A DNA stretch of 62,941 nt, counting the filler, from Octopus bimaculoides (taxonomy: Eukaryota), in assembly GCF_001194135.2 (NCBI RefSeq). It is 6 parts of 6 records of this genome, joined end to end, with 100 filler letters (N's around TTAATTAATTAA, not from the genome) between each part and the next. Parts side by side here need not be neighbours in the genome. Positions count along the whole stretch, not along the records: positions 1 to 27,865 come from NC_068984.1; 5 more parts are not named here. The stretch is one strand, 5' to 3'. A program made the translations under genes and the position numbers. This document shows positions 10,195-22,422 of this stretch, piece by piece. The notes under the pieces were generated by a model. It made no database searches and was not told the DNA's origin. It saw only the letters and a program-made list of their open reading frames with translations. Each line of letters opens with the position of its first letter. The first letter of the stretch is position 1.

Positions 10195-10760
10195 GGCAAG
10201 AAGGTTTGTTCTGAATGATGACATGGTTCTGGGTTCAGTCCCATTACATGATACCTTGTGCAAGTGTCTTCTACTGTAGACTAAGGCCAACCTTGTGAGT
10301 AGATTTGGCAGGCAGAAACTGAAAAAACCTTGTCTTATGTGTATAAGAGATGCTTCAATTTTTCTAAAAGTGAATAAAATGAATAAAATAATGATACATA
10401 CACGTGTACTTGTACCTGATGAACAAAATGAATAATAGTAATATGTCAAATATTTTGTACGTGAATTTTGGCCCCTCCCTCTCTCTCTCTATATATATAT
10501 GTATGTGTATGTGTGCGTGTGTACATGTATACGTCTCCTTGTTTTGACATTACATAATAATTGTAAATGAATGTCACAGTCAAACAAGCAGTGACATTCA
10601 TTTTTAATATTCTATGCAAACATGTATGGTCATGGAGCAAATATTACCTTATTTGGAAACAGGTGAGGGTTGGTTATAGGAAGGGCATCTGGCCATAGAA
10701 AATCTGCCTTAAACTCGCTTTGGTGCAGGTAAGCATGGAAAAGTGGAAGTTAAATGATGA
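10195..10760 (+). mobile_element. SINE family A head and core (10195-10345) with an RTE-like tail (10520-10760)
   Basis: GGTTCAGTCCC B box, CTTGTGAGTAGATTTGG core, tail AACAGGTGAGGGTTGG..GGAAGGGCATC..GTTAAATGATGAT. Confidence 0.65.
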
Positions 10761-11400
10761 TTTCATATATGAATATTTTTATCTGGCAAAACTAATAAGG
10801 AAGATACTTTGTTGAGGAGTTGTAATAAGTCTGAAACAGAATTACACTTATCTCACGTTACTGTCAAAATCAGAATCACTTCCAATTTCAATGCCACAAC
10901 CTCTGGCTTTAATTTCAGGAGTTGTCTGCCTTGCCTTTCTTCACCAGAATTGATCATTAAATTAACGAGTCTTTCACGTTATCATACTTATAATTAATAA
11001 AAATTTGTTGGCCTACTGCATATGCTAGCATCAACTATATGAGCTGTTGAAATGATTGCTGCTGACCACAAATGTTAGGAAAAAATGTACTGACCAAAAA
11101 TGATGGCAGGAGTTTCGTTGAGGTGAATGTTGCCGACTGCTTATTGACTGTTATTTCTGAGCTGCGTGGAATTATTGATACAGATCATTCTAGTTAATAT
11201 CCAGCTAGTACTCTTTCAGAACAGCAGAGAATTCAAACTAAATACTCTTGATATGAATAGAAGCACATAATAAATAAATAAAAGTAAAGTTTATATGAAT
11301 GGAAGCACGTAATAAATAAATAAATAAAAGTAAATTTGTATGCAGGGGTGTTCTGAAGGTACACCGTAGAGAGTAATTGCAGTGGTAACTATTGTTATAG

Positions 11401-11450
11401 CCGGCAGGAGTAACGAAATGGTTGTTACTGGAATTAGTTAAAAGGCGCAC
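11401..11450 (+). other. Candidate first or early exon
   Basis: Consensus donor CAC|gtgagt; possible acceptor attgttatag|; one open frame PAGVTKWLLLELVKRR. Confidence 0.35.
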
Positions 11451-12548
11451 GTGAGTATTTTGCTTGTTTCATTTAATAACTAATTAGGTTTATAATATAA
11501 AATAATATTACATATTAAGGAAAAAATGTTCTGTGGAAAATCCATTCTGAAAAGAAATATATTAAATACAGCACAGCGAGTACACAACATAGAATTCAAT
11601 GGAATTTTAGAAAAGAAAAACAACTTTGAAGTTTTAAAGGAATAACTTACAAAGAAATTAATTACATTGCTAAAACGTTTCTTGCGAAGATTAATAACAA
11701 AGTTACTTAAGAAACAACTTCGTTCCAAAAATTTGATTTTTTTCCTCTGAAATTGGTATATAATATTATTTTGATAATTTTGTGTTCATAAGTTGGTTTC
11801 GAAGTTTAAAATAGAAGGGTATTTTTTTTCACCGATAGCAACAGTTGCTTGTCTCACACATCAACAATCAATAGAGCCACCATATTGTTTATGTTTGCTG
11901 CTGCTTAGTAACTTATTGCTGTTTGTACGAAACTTTCATCTTTAAAGTTTATTAATAATTTTATTTATTAAAAATAAAATATACCCGCTTCTTTTCAAAA
12001 TATTTAATACACAAGGAAATATTAATATTTTCACAAAAGTATAAATTTATTGGAACCTGAACAAGTTTAATAACAGTTACTTCCCTTGAAATTGGCCATT
12101 ATTTGCTTAAGTTTAAAAAAAATGCCCGATAGAGTATAACTACACATTAGTGCCCCTCTGATTGTTATTTCTCCATAACTTTCTGTATATTTTTTAAGGA
12201 AACTTTGCAGAGATACGTTTTCAAGGATGTAGATTATAATTAGGCTGATAAAATTTAGAAAAAAAAAGCAATTTTGCTGAAGTTTCGAATCCTTCTCCTC
12301 ACCTTGGCTTGTTACCAATTTCAGTAACTTTATCAGTTTTCACTATTTTATTTTGACAAATTTATATATTTTAAGCTTCAACAGTACGCAATCTATACTA
12401 TACAGTTGTCCCCATTAAAAAAAAAAAAATCTTAAAACTCTGTGTGTTTGTGTTTCTAAACTAATGTATCATTACAAACATATCTGCATCGATTTGCATG
12501 GACAATCTACCGTGTAAATAAAGGAACAATAGCGCACACACACACACG

Positions 12549-12619
12549 ATGGAACCTTCTGTCGAAAACGACGTTATCAGTAAGAAGACAAAGAAAGCCA
12601 AAAACAAAAATCCAACTAG
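12549..12619 (+). CDS. Candidate first coding exon (MEPSVENDVISKKTKKAKNKNPT)
   Basis: ATG at 12549, donor TAG|gtatca (weak), phase 2. Confidence 0.2.
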
Positions 12620-13675
12620 GTATCACGCTATAGCAGCTGAAACACACACACACACACACACATCCCTCGTATTACGGCCGTCACAATTTACAGAATTTTG
12701 CACTTATGGAAAATGTAAAGTTATGATCACTAATTTCGGTATATAGTTAGAACACCGCCCGCACGGCAACTTGAATGAATTTTAACAATAAAAAAACTTC
12801 ACTTTCTTCTTAGCCAAAAGGTTGGTACATGTGTGCGCGCATCACTGTAAAAACTTTAGCAAGTGTGGGGTAGAATTTTTCACCACGGAATATGTGTGTC
12901 TGTGTTTGTGTATATTTTCTTGAGCTACAATGAGTATCCATCTAATTTATCTATCTGCCTTCAACTTCGCCTTTACGTCTCATCGTCACTGACTCAACAA
13001 CCATTAACACCAAAACCAACACTATCACAGCCATCACCAACACACCAGCTCTTCAATAACCAACAATAATAACAACAGTCGTATGAACAAGATAAGCTAC
13101 TTCTATAATAAAAGACAATGACATGAGATATTGAGGCACGTTAATGTATATAAACAGTTGAATGAAACGTTTTTTTTTTGTTTATTTTAATTTTTATTTT
13201 ATTTCAATTTCAGGTCATTGAAGATTGACCTGGGATTAAACAGCGACAACACTGCAATCAAGAACAATATGACCACCACCACCACTACCAATATACCCAA
13301 CACCAGAAACTAATACAATCAACACTACTACTAACCCACAAACCTTTGAATAACCAGTTTGCAACAACAGTAATAGTATCAGCATGATAACAGTGAATGT
13401 AGTTACATATGTTCTATGTCAACACCACAGACCATGCGCGTATGAAAGAGGAGAGAGAGGGAGAAAGAAGAATCACGAGATTTTATGTCTCAAGTCAAAG
13501 GTGCAAGTGGCGAAGTGGCCATGAACCTTCTAACTCTTCAACTAACTGTAATCATATTGTACTTTCACATACTTCACGCCTTCATCTCATTTCCATTCTT
13601 ATGTTCGTAGGAAAAGACAATTTTTTGATCTAACAAAGTATTTCTTTCTTGGAGCTATATTATTTTTTTTAACTA

Positions 13676-14040
13676 CAGACGTGGCTGTGTCGTGAGAAGT
13701 TTGCTTCCCACCACATGTTTCTGGTTCAGTCTCACTGCGTGACACCTTAGGCAAGTGTCTTCTCATACAGCCCCGGGCCTTCCAAAGCCTCGTGAATGGA
13801 TTTGGCAGACGGAAACTGAAAGTCGTCGCGTGTGCTAGCGTGTGTATTCACCACCACGGCTTGATAGCTGGTGTTGGTGTGTTAACGTCCCCGTAACTTA
13901 GCGGTTCTACACAAAGAAACCGATAGAAAGTGTAACAGACTTCAAAATGAAAAGTACTGGAGTCGATTTGTTCAACTAAACCCCCTCAAGGTGATGCCCC
14001 AGCATGACCACAATCTGATGATTGAAACTAGTAAAAGATA
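13676..14040 (+). mobile_element. SINE family A, full length with standard tail
   Basis: CGTGGCTGTGT A box, GGTTCAGTC B box, GGATTTGGCAGACGGAAACTGAAAG core, CCGTAACTTAGCGGTTC tail. Confidence 0.85.
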
Positions 14041-14099
14041 TTTGTTGTGGATCGCCACTTCTTTTAGATTTACTTACAACTCGAGACATTTTGAAAGAA

Positions 14100-16000
14100 G
14101 ACATCAAGTGGAACTGAAGGTATTAGTGCGAAAAGGGACCACCTTGGAAATTAAATTTGAGGCTTTAAAAAAAGGCTTCATGGGGAGAAGAAAAGTCAAC
14201 CAAATTGCCAAAACATCTGCAGTGGAATCAATAAGGGACAATAGAAGAAAAATTAAGTGATCAAAAAGTTAATCCTTTAAGTGCGTGGATCTTACTTTTC
14301 AGAGCTAATGTGATGCTTAAAATGGAACGGCTCTTGAGTGTATAAACCAAGAATAAAACTTGATATAATGTATCTACGCATCTAATGTATCACGGCGGTA
14401 TTTCAAATGAAATACACAAATCTGTGATGATTTGCAGGAAAAAGGGAGGTGAAAATACTTATGGATAACCTTTTCTAGCTAGTAAAGGCTGGTTCGAAAG
14501 GTTTAAGAAACACCTGAATTTGCACAGTGACTTATGAAACTACCAGTGCTGACGGGAGCAACTATTAATTATCCTGAGCAGCTGAAGAAAAGGATTACCG
14601 AAGGGTGTTACTTAAGAGAGTTAGTGCTCATGAAACTGTACTTTTCTGGAAGAATATGCTTGCTATTACTTTGATTTCTCGCGGAGAAAAATTAACACCA
14701 GGATTTAAGGCTTCCAAAAATCGTCTGATGGAGAGAAAATGCCACTGATGGTATGAAATAAAAACCCTACACACTTGTATAGCTTAATCCAAGGGTTACA
14801 AATTTTATGTTTCTTTGATTTGGTGTTGTAATGAGAAAGTATGAATGATTAAGAGCCTTTCCGAAAAGTGGTTTAAAATATTTTCGTGTTGCTGTAGAAA
14901 GGTAGAGCGACATAATATTTCCAACACAGCATTACTCATTTCTGACAATGCACCAACCAGCCCAGTGAACCTAAATGAGCTTTCTGATAACGTGAAGGTA
15001 TAACTCCATGAATACAACTTCTTTGCTTCAGGCAGTGGATCAAGATATGATAGCTGAATTCAAGGTTTATTATCTGAGAACTTATAAACAACTTATGAAA
15101 GCAATTGATAAGGTTGTTAAACCTACGGCTAGATTTAAAGACTTCTGGAAGGGTTCAACATAATGGATTCTGTGGATGGTATAGGTGAGTCGTGAGATGA
15201 AGTGAAACACTCAACTTAAATGTGACTTGGAAAAATATATGACCAGATTATCCATGCAGAAAGTCTACATCATATTCAGAAAGATATTGTGATACTTATA
15301 AATGATGTAGTGTTTGAAGAAATCATAGAACGTGGTTGAGCGGCTAGTGGCCTAGAAAACTTCTCAAATGAGAAACTGTTAGAACAAGTGCAAGCCGAGA
15401 AGGCAAATAAGAATACGGAAATTCCACCAACACCACTTAAACTGACTGCAATAATATTGCTTAAGGGTTGGCATTTACTGAGGGGAGTCAGCAAGTTTTA
15501 TTGGTAACAACCCTAATCGTGTACGTGATATAAAAATTACAAGAACTAACAATGAGCTTAGTTTTTACACTGAGTTGTAGAAAGATTTGATACTCGTAAA
15601 CATCAATTTTTTTCATCGTTGAAGCAGATATTGACGATAAATTTAAGATGGTGTCTTTCATCCTCACAGTAGCTTATATTCCACTATCACCATTACACAG
15701 TAGCCAACAGCTTTTGTAGTTAGAACATGTCCTATTACGATATTAGGAGTTTTATTCCTTAATGTATTTTTCTATAAAAGTTTTTATATATACATATTGT
15801 ATTGTTTATATTTAGAAATTTATTTTCATGCATAAAAGTGATCATGAAGCCTTTTTTTTTTCAAATTATCCTTCGAAACGCATCTCATTTTATATAATGG
15901 AAAGCAATAGTAAAATTGATTTCGCGTGACAGGATTTCGTGTTACAGTTAATTTTTCAATAATGCATTGTGCGTGTGTGTGACAGCACAATTTCTGTCTA
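14100..16000 (+). pseudogene. Tigger/pogo-type transposase remnant
   Basis: FLASKGWFERFKK, LFWKNM, PGFKASKNRL, LLISDNAP, NTTSLLQAVDQDMIAEFKVYYLR; heavily frameshifted. Confidence 0.85.
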
Positions 16001-16476
16001 TAAAATACCCACTCAGAAGGTATTGGTTAACACGCTGCTATGATATATAAAAAAAGAAACATATGCTCAAGGCGCAGTGCAGTGGGAATGAACTTGAAAT
16101 CAGGTTGCTGTGTGAACATTTTAATCACAAAGCCATGAAGCACAACAATACTCAGTCGGTTGTAATGGACAAGAATCGCCATACTGCAGTGTCTTGCAGC
16201 AATAAGATTTTGAAACGGTTCTGTTTCAGTTTTAAATGTTTTACTCCAGGAACTCAGTGGAAGAACCACTCCAAAGAGGAAGAATGGTTAGAAAAGCAAA
16301 GGTAACATATAAGCATTTCCCAGACTACTTATAAGAGCGAACTGTTCTTCGAGAGAGATCTGTCAAGGAGCAACGATTTTCAACCTTTTACGATCCTCGG
16401 CACGCTGAATAAGGCATTGGCAGTGATGCAGTACACCGCAGGCTTTTTAGATGTTTGATTATGCAAACAAACAATA

Positions 16477-16690
16477 TTGATTTCAAAACTTGGCAGAAGG
16501 CCAGCAATTTAGGGGCGGACAAGTCAATTATTACATCGACTCCAGTACTCAAGTGGTACTTATTTTATCGACCTCGAAAGGATAAAATGCAAAGTCGATA
16601 TCAGCGGAATTTGAACTCAAAAAGTGAAGACGGACGAAATGTCGCTTAGCATTTCTCCCGGCGTGCTAACGATTCTACCAGCTTGCTGCC
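16477..16690 (-). mobile_element. SINE family B with an 18-bp TSD
   Basis: TTATGCAAACAAACAATA at 16459-16476 and 16691-16708; CpG sites largely retained. Confidence 0.92.
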
Positions 16691-17179
16691 TTATGCAAAC
16701 AAACAATACTGAAATTGATTTAAAGTCGAGATGGGCACAAGTGCATAAAACACTACTGAGGTGCATAAAACCCTTGAGTTGTTCTAGAAATACCCTGCCA
16801 TTTTTCAACTAGATTCCACCCAAACTCACGACACATATTTATGTCACAGTACAATTGTGAAAAATGCCCAATCAAAAGCTTATCGATTTGGCTACGGAAA
16901 TTTCAATTTCTTTCTCGTTTTCTTCACACTTACTGCAATAGATCATGCTATAAATAACACAATACTTGGAAAAGATGGACAGATTTTAGATAGCTAAAGT
17001 AACGCAATGAAAGATCAATTGATTGCAATAGATCCGTTCCAAATTTTACTACAGTCAGTTTTACCCTTCATATCTAGCTAATACATGAAACAAGAACCAA
17101 ATATGTTTTGAAGATAGTTTCAATCAATTATTCGACACCTATACTCACACTTACAAAATCATTTGGAAATTAATATATA

Positions 17180-17705
17180 TTAGCGACAGAAGTAGTATTA
17201 ATACCGAGAGGGGAATATTTATCTCTACTTAAACGTGGATGTTCTATTAGAGCAAGCTATACTGCGGTAGTTACCATGAGAGAAACTCTCATATTAACTT
17301 TTTGGTGTAAAATGTACTCTTGTTTATATCGCTAGCGGGAGATAAATCCTCTCCAGCGCCGAGACCACCAGATCGCATGAGTTGACCTTGTTTGGTCTTG
17401 TCAATGATGGACACCTGATTGCTAGAAGCAGCAGTGATTTATCCACCAGCCAGCGATATATATACAGATTGACAGCGCCACATCAGGCGCTGGTATCACG
17501 ATTAGCCAGTGAGCTTGTTAAATATATGTGTGTGTGTGTTAGCGACAGAGGACGTATTAATACCGAAAGGTAACATTTATCCTCACTTAAACGTGGATGT
17601 TCTGTTAGAACTATACTGCAGTAGTTACCATGAAAGAAATTCTCCTATTGGCTATTGGTACAAAATGCATTCGTGTTTATATCGTTAACGGGAAGATAAA
17701 CCCTC
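17180..17705. repeat. Pair of ~170-bp diverged direct repeats (17180-17353, 17539-17705) around a ~185-bp spacer
   Basis: TTAGCGACAGA..TATTAATACCGA..CTTAAACGTGGATGTTCT..TACTGC.GTAGTTACCATGA in both; a partial inverted copy lies at about 51312-51390. Confidence 0.8.
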
Positions 17706-18328
17706 GTTTTCTTCTGCACAATGTTTTTGATATATAATCCCTATTTCATACGACTGCGATAATGCCACGAGGCTCCTGTTGAGTATTGAACCATCGTAAT
17801 CAGGTTCCCCGGCTCAGAACCATGAACTTCATATTGCCATAAAAAGCAAAGCGACTTACAGAAAAAAATTGTCACAAAATGTATTAATGCCTATGCGAAA
17901 TGATTCGACTAAGCAGATCAGTGAACAGGAATTTCCTTGTCAAATAGTCTGATCGAATTCTTAAAAAAAATTCTACTGAGATTATAATACGCTGGCGAAT
18001 TGAACCTCAAGTAGAGCCATCCAAAAGTCCACTGAGACAATTTAGGATACATAGAATCAATAAGAATAAAGGTAGTTATCGTATTTATAATGCCATCCTA
18101 GTCAATAACCAAACATGTAGATGTCACCCGATCATTATTATTCATTTATTTTAAGGTACAAAAAATCTAGAGTGGTATAAATAGTTATTGGTAACTACAT
18201 TCGTTCGACTCCATGACATAATCTCACCATCCTCTACTTTTCTTTACAAAACAATCCATGGTGTACACGGACCTATGTGACTCAATTCCGTGACACGTGT
18301 TCTCGCTTTTTCTGCTTACTCTGCCTAG

Positions 18329-18356
18329 AACTGTCTGAGATGCTACTCGAGATTAT
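18329..18356 (+). other. Candidate 28-nt micro-exon inside the inverted-repeat loop
   Basis: Acceptor ttctcgctttttctgcttactctgcctag|, donor TAT|gtcagt; open as LSEMLLEI (phase 1 to 2) or NCLRCYSRL (phase 0 to 1). Confidence 0.4.
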
Positions 18357-18427
18357 GTCAGTCAGCTTTGTGATATGGGTTCGAATTCTTTCTACTTAAT
18401 TTGTACTCAGTATGTATGAAACTGTAT

Positions 18428-18625
18428 GAGGCAGTGAGCTGGCAGAATCGTTAGGACGCCGGGAAAAATGTTTCGCGGCATTTCGACCGTCTTTACGTTC
18501 TGAGTTCGAATTCCGCCGAGGTCGACTTTGCCTTCCAGAGTCTATAAAATAAGTACCAGTTGAGCACTAAAATCAATGTAAGCAACTTAGTTTCTCCCCC
18601 GAAATTACTGGTCTTATGTTCCAGG
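18428..18625 (+). mobile_element. SINE family B, CpG-rich
   Basis: GAGCTGGCAGAATCGTTAG..GAGTTCGAATTCCGCCGAGGTCGACTTTGCC. Confidence 0.85.
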
Positions 18626-20272
18626 ATAATAAAAATATGAAAACATATTAGTATAATCATTATGCACGCACCAAACAGCCCACCGAATGTAGTTACCAAT
18701 AACTATTTATACCACTCTAGATTTTTTTGTACCTTAAAATAAATGAATAATAATGATCGGGTGACATCTACATGTTTGGTTATTGACTAGGATGGCATTA
18801 TAAATACGATAACTACCTTTATTCTTATTGATTCTATGTATCCTAAATTGTTATTGGCAAGAGCCAATTCTATAATAATGACTATGTGACGTTCACTACA
18901 TTCTTTTTTTCGCTTACTATAAGGTTACAGAATAAACTCGACAATAATTTAACTCCTACATTATCCACCCAGCTACTTTATTATTTATAACGAATACTCA
19001 GCTAAAAATAATATTTATTCTTATTATCGAGAAAATATACGACAAAATTGTTTTTTGCTGGAGTGTTTTTGTTACACAAAACTTATAACATGCTTATTTT
19101 ATTGATTCCTACTGAATTTAATTTCAGAACCTAATGGAACGAAAGTAAATTCCGTTATGCATTTACTCCTTGTCACTTCTGCCTCATCGTCGCCCTCACA
19201 TAGCATTAGTGATTTGTTTCTCTTGAACCTTTTTTTCCCCATTTTTCATGGGGATGGATGAGTGGAATTTTATAAGATTGAAATCTATTTTTGTCCCCGC
19301 GATAATTGTTAAAAATCAATTCTGCACAACTGAATATTATTTAAATTCCGTGATATGCATCGTCCGGTATTTTTATCATTGATTAACTGCACAAAATGTA
19401 GTAAATAAATTCAGAATATCACATAGGACAAAATATAAATTGCTTTCAAAGAAATAAAGATGACTTTAAAACAGTAGCATTTAATTACAGACAATAAAGA
19501 GCTACTTTATATAATTAAAAGCAAAATTTACTGCATTCATGAAAACTAGTCATCTCAGAAAAAAATATCGAAATTTAATTTTATTAGCTAAAATTTAGTT
19601 GCCATTTTATTTCAGCTTTATGAACAAAATTACAAACATTTATTTATTTATATTCTTTTATGAGATATTATACGTGTTCTGTGAGTGACATATCACCTCG
19701 CGAGAATTTCAAACGTTATAAAAGATTATCTAAAATTCCACAATTCTTGCCAAAAACTATTGTTGCAAGAATGTACCTTCTTTACTCCGTCTATTTATTG
19801 ACTTTTTAAAGAAAGGACAAACGTTGGACCAGAGGACTTTTGCAAAAGGCATGTACAAAATATATTAAATATTTTACAACCCTTATATCACTTTGTATGT
19901 TGGCAAGACATGCCTTAAAATGTTAATTGCAATATGAATGGCTGCACATTGTATGAAACATCGAAGACAATGTTATAACGTGTCTAGGTGAAGATATTTA
20001 CTATCAATGATTGGTAACATGGAACACAGCAGTTCGCAGCTACACGTGGGTCAGTTTCATCAGTCGTGTTATGGCTGTCAATAGTTTAGTGCCCGATTCA
20101 TTACGTTGTTTATTCTCCAATTCTTCCAGGTGGTATAGCCTGATGCTATTAGAGCCATCGGGTAGATTGAGACTTCATCGAGCTTAGGGTTTTGAGGTCG
20201 ATGGGAGCCAATCACATATTGGAAGTATACTATTCAGTTTTGACAGATGGTGCAATAAAATTGTTTTTGCAG

Positions 20273-20335
20273 ACGTCTTCCGGAAAGGAGTTTCCAACAC
20301 CTCAACGCTACAAATTTCGATCGTCAGTTCCACAA
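20273..20335 (+). CDS. Candidate 63-nt symmetric exon
   Basis: Acceptor ttgtttttgcag|, donor CAA|gtatca; all three frames open. Confidence 0.35.
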
Positions 20336-20536
20336 GTATCAAATTCTAAGACCAAAATCTCTTACTCAGTGCTCTTTAGGTACTAATCTCTTGTACACTC
20401 TCCCACTGCTACTAACTCCCTCTTCAACATATATCGTATCTCAACTATCATCTATTTTGTTACCATAGCTTCTGCCCTACTTATCTTACTGGACCTCCAT
20501 AGCCACCCTGATCTCACACATCACCAACAAATATGT

Positions 20537-20755
20537 AGTGGAGGCGCGTGGTTTAGTAGTTAGGATGATTGTAAGATTGCGATTTCGATTCCTAATCAGG
20601 GCGATGCGTTGTGTTCTTGAGCAAGACACTTCATTTCACGCTGCTCCAGCCCACTCAGCTGGCAAAAATAAGTAATCCTGCGACGGACCGATGTCCCGTC
20701 CATGTGGGGAATTTATACACCATGGAAACCGACATGACTCGAGAAGAGAAGAGAA
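20537..20755 (+). mobile_element. tRNA-derived SINE with a V-domain-like segment
   Basis: GGCGCGTGGTTTAGTAGTTAG A box, TTCGATTCC B box, TTCTTGAGCAAGACACTT, CCTGCGACGGACCGATGTCCCGTCCA. Confidence 0.6.
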
Positions 20756-21143
20756 CATACATGTCCTTAACTTACCGTTTACCCTTCCCTTTTCGACAAT
20801 CACAGTATCTATTCAGAGATGTAAACTTAACGACAAACTCTTAAACCTCAAACGTTTCTTTAAACTCCCACTTTCACTTGGACCCGCATCAGCTGGCTGG
20901 TTGGCGTCTTAACAGTTTCGGTTCTTTAAAGACAGACCTCCTATATGTCAATAGATGTTCATGAGGGAAGACGTAAAGTGTTTGCACTTACCCGCATACA
21001 TTTTATATATGTGTCTGCACGCGTGTGCGAGTACGTACGTGTATGTATGTTTTGTATCTTGCTGAAAGGAGAGTCACTTACGAAAAACGAGTAAAGTAGG
21101 ACACAAAACTTTATAAGCAACAAAAAGAGCGTGGAGATACCCT

Positions 21144-22422
21144 GATTTTTATTGCTCACTAGGGGGCGAACATAGAGGGGACAATACAAGGACATATGGG
21201 GACACAATAGAGAAAAAGGGAAAAAGCGTATGACAAAACATGAATGTCTATGAAAAATGAGAATAAAGTTACTCGCCCCACTCCAAGCAACTTCACTTAC
21301 TTCCTTCTACTTTGAACACTGTTCCTTTTAGAATGTCTATTTTGTTGTTTCTTGTGAGATCCGCATAATATTTCTTCCGGCAAATTGCTTATGTCTATGT
21401 TCACCTTCCACGCTTTGAACCCGCCTTTATATCTTTCTACTCTTTCCTTTTGCTTTTCTGGCATTAACATCATCTTTCACCTCCTCCGTTGGTACATCCT
21501 TCTCTGCTGTTACTTTCTGTGCTCTTTTATTGGTTCCTTTCCGTTGATGAAGGGCAGTCCGCTCTAATGTGGCCCTTTAGGCCACATTTGAAGCATCGCA
21601 GAATTCTGCCCTTCACCCTGACTGTCAGTACCGTATCTCCGACCGTTATCGTCTCTACTATTTTTTCTAGGCTCTCCGTCGGTCCTTGGATAATTAACTT
21701 CCAGTTCATTGCTTCTGTCTTAGTGGCCTGGAGGACTGTTATTTCATTCTCATTGCTTAGGAGAACAGCAGCCGCTACTCAGGCCACTTCAATTTCAGGT
21801 GGAATTCCTTCTATCCCCACCCTGGAAGCCCTCCTTCCAAGGTACGTGGGTAGAAGCATAACACTTTCTGTTTTCAACGGGGTCACCGAAATTTGCTTTA
21901 CCTTGGTTGCCTCTCTGAGGCGAACCTCCACCGCCCCAAATCTGTTTCCCCTGGCAAGATATGTAGTGCTTTTTCTATTGGCATTACTTCTATCTTCTTT
22001 TCCTCTATGGTATAGACTTTGTAGATGATAGTCTTTTCTTGTATTCCTTCTAAGATTCATTGGGAGTGGTGACAGTTTTACATCACTACCTTCTCTACGC
22101 AGCATTTTTCAGTAATTCTTCAATTTCGTTATGTGGACTTCCTTATTTCGTACTTCCGTGGCATTTGAGTAGCTCTTCTTTTTGTTCATGTTTCCGTTTA
22201 TCTTCTTAATTGCATTCACCAGCCCCTCCTCCAAAGAAGAAAGCCCCGAAGAGCCGTAATCTTCATACAACATCATTCTAGCTGTTTCAAAGCAGCACAG
22301 AACAGTCGACAAAAGTGTTCAAATGAACATTGACACAGATTCAAACAACAAACTTTCAACAATAAAGAACAATTATTTCTACTTAACAACTTCAACTCAC
22401 AATTGACAACACCGTTTGAACA
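21144..22422 (-). mobile_element. 1279-bp retroelement encoding only a gag/ORF1-like CCHC protein
   Basis: 16-bp flanking direct repeat AGCGTGGAGA(T/C)ACCCT at 21128-21143 and 22423-22438; AATAAA on the - strand at 21153-21148, 4 nt from the 3' end; no RT or EN motifs seen. Confidence 0.75.
21297..22276 (-). pseudogene. Gag/ORF1-like zinc-knuckle protein (frameshifts plus one internal TGA)
   Basis: MMLYEDY...; MLRREG...GIEGIPPEIEVA*VAAAVL...TVRVKGRILRCFKCGLKGHIRADCP; CX2CX4HX4C at 21595-21554. Confidence 0.75.

Larger units (their letters stand above)
11330..12850. promoter_or_regulatory. Putative promoter zone at the edge of the CpG-depleted domain
   Basis: Repeat-free, CpG-retaining; CACGTG at 11448-11453, CCGCCC near 12756; + strand donor CAC|GTGAGT at 11450/11451, - strand donor AAG|GTGAGG at 12303/12302. 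Confidence 0.35.
18037..18851. repeat. Near-perfect inverted repeat, arms 18037-18203 (167 bp) and 18684-18851 (168 bp)
   Basis: The arms differ only by one base in an A/T run (6 vs 7). Confidence 0.95.

Noticed and set aside
10800-11000. Acidic - strand frame GIEIGSDSDFDSNVR as an exon or transposase N-terminus
   Set aside because: Short, bounded by stops, with no convincing splice sites or further motifs.
19128-19144. 17-nt micro-exon (atttcag|...|gtaaat)
   Set aside because: Good splice signals, but it creates stops when joined to the 18329 exon in either open phase; cannot be distinguished from chance in AT-rich DNA.
20030-20520. CR1/L2 3' remnant on the - strand
   Set aside because: Only a vague NSFPEDV resemblance; it overlaps a better-supported + strand exon candidate.
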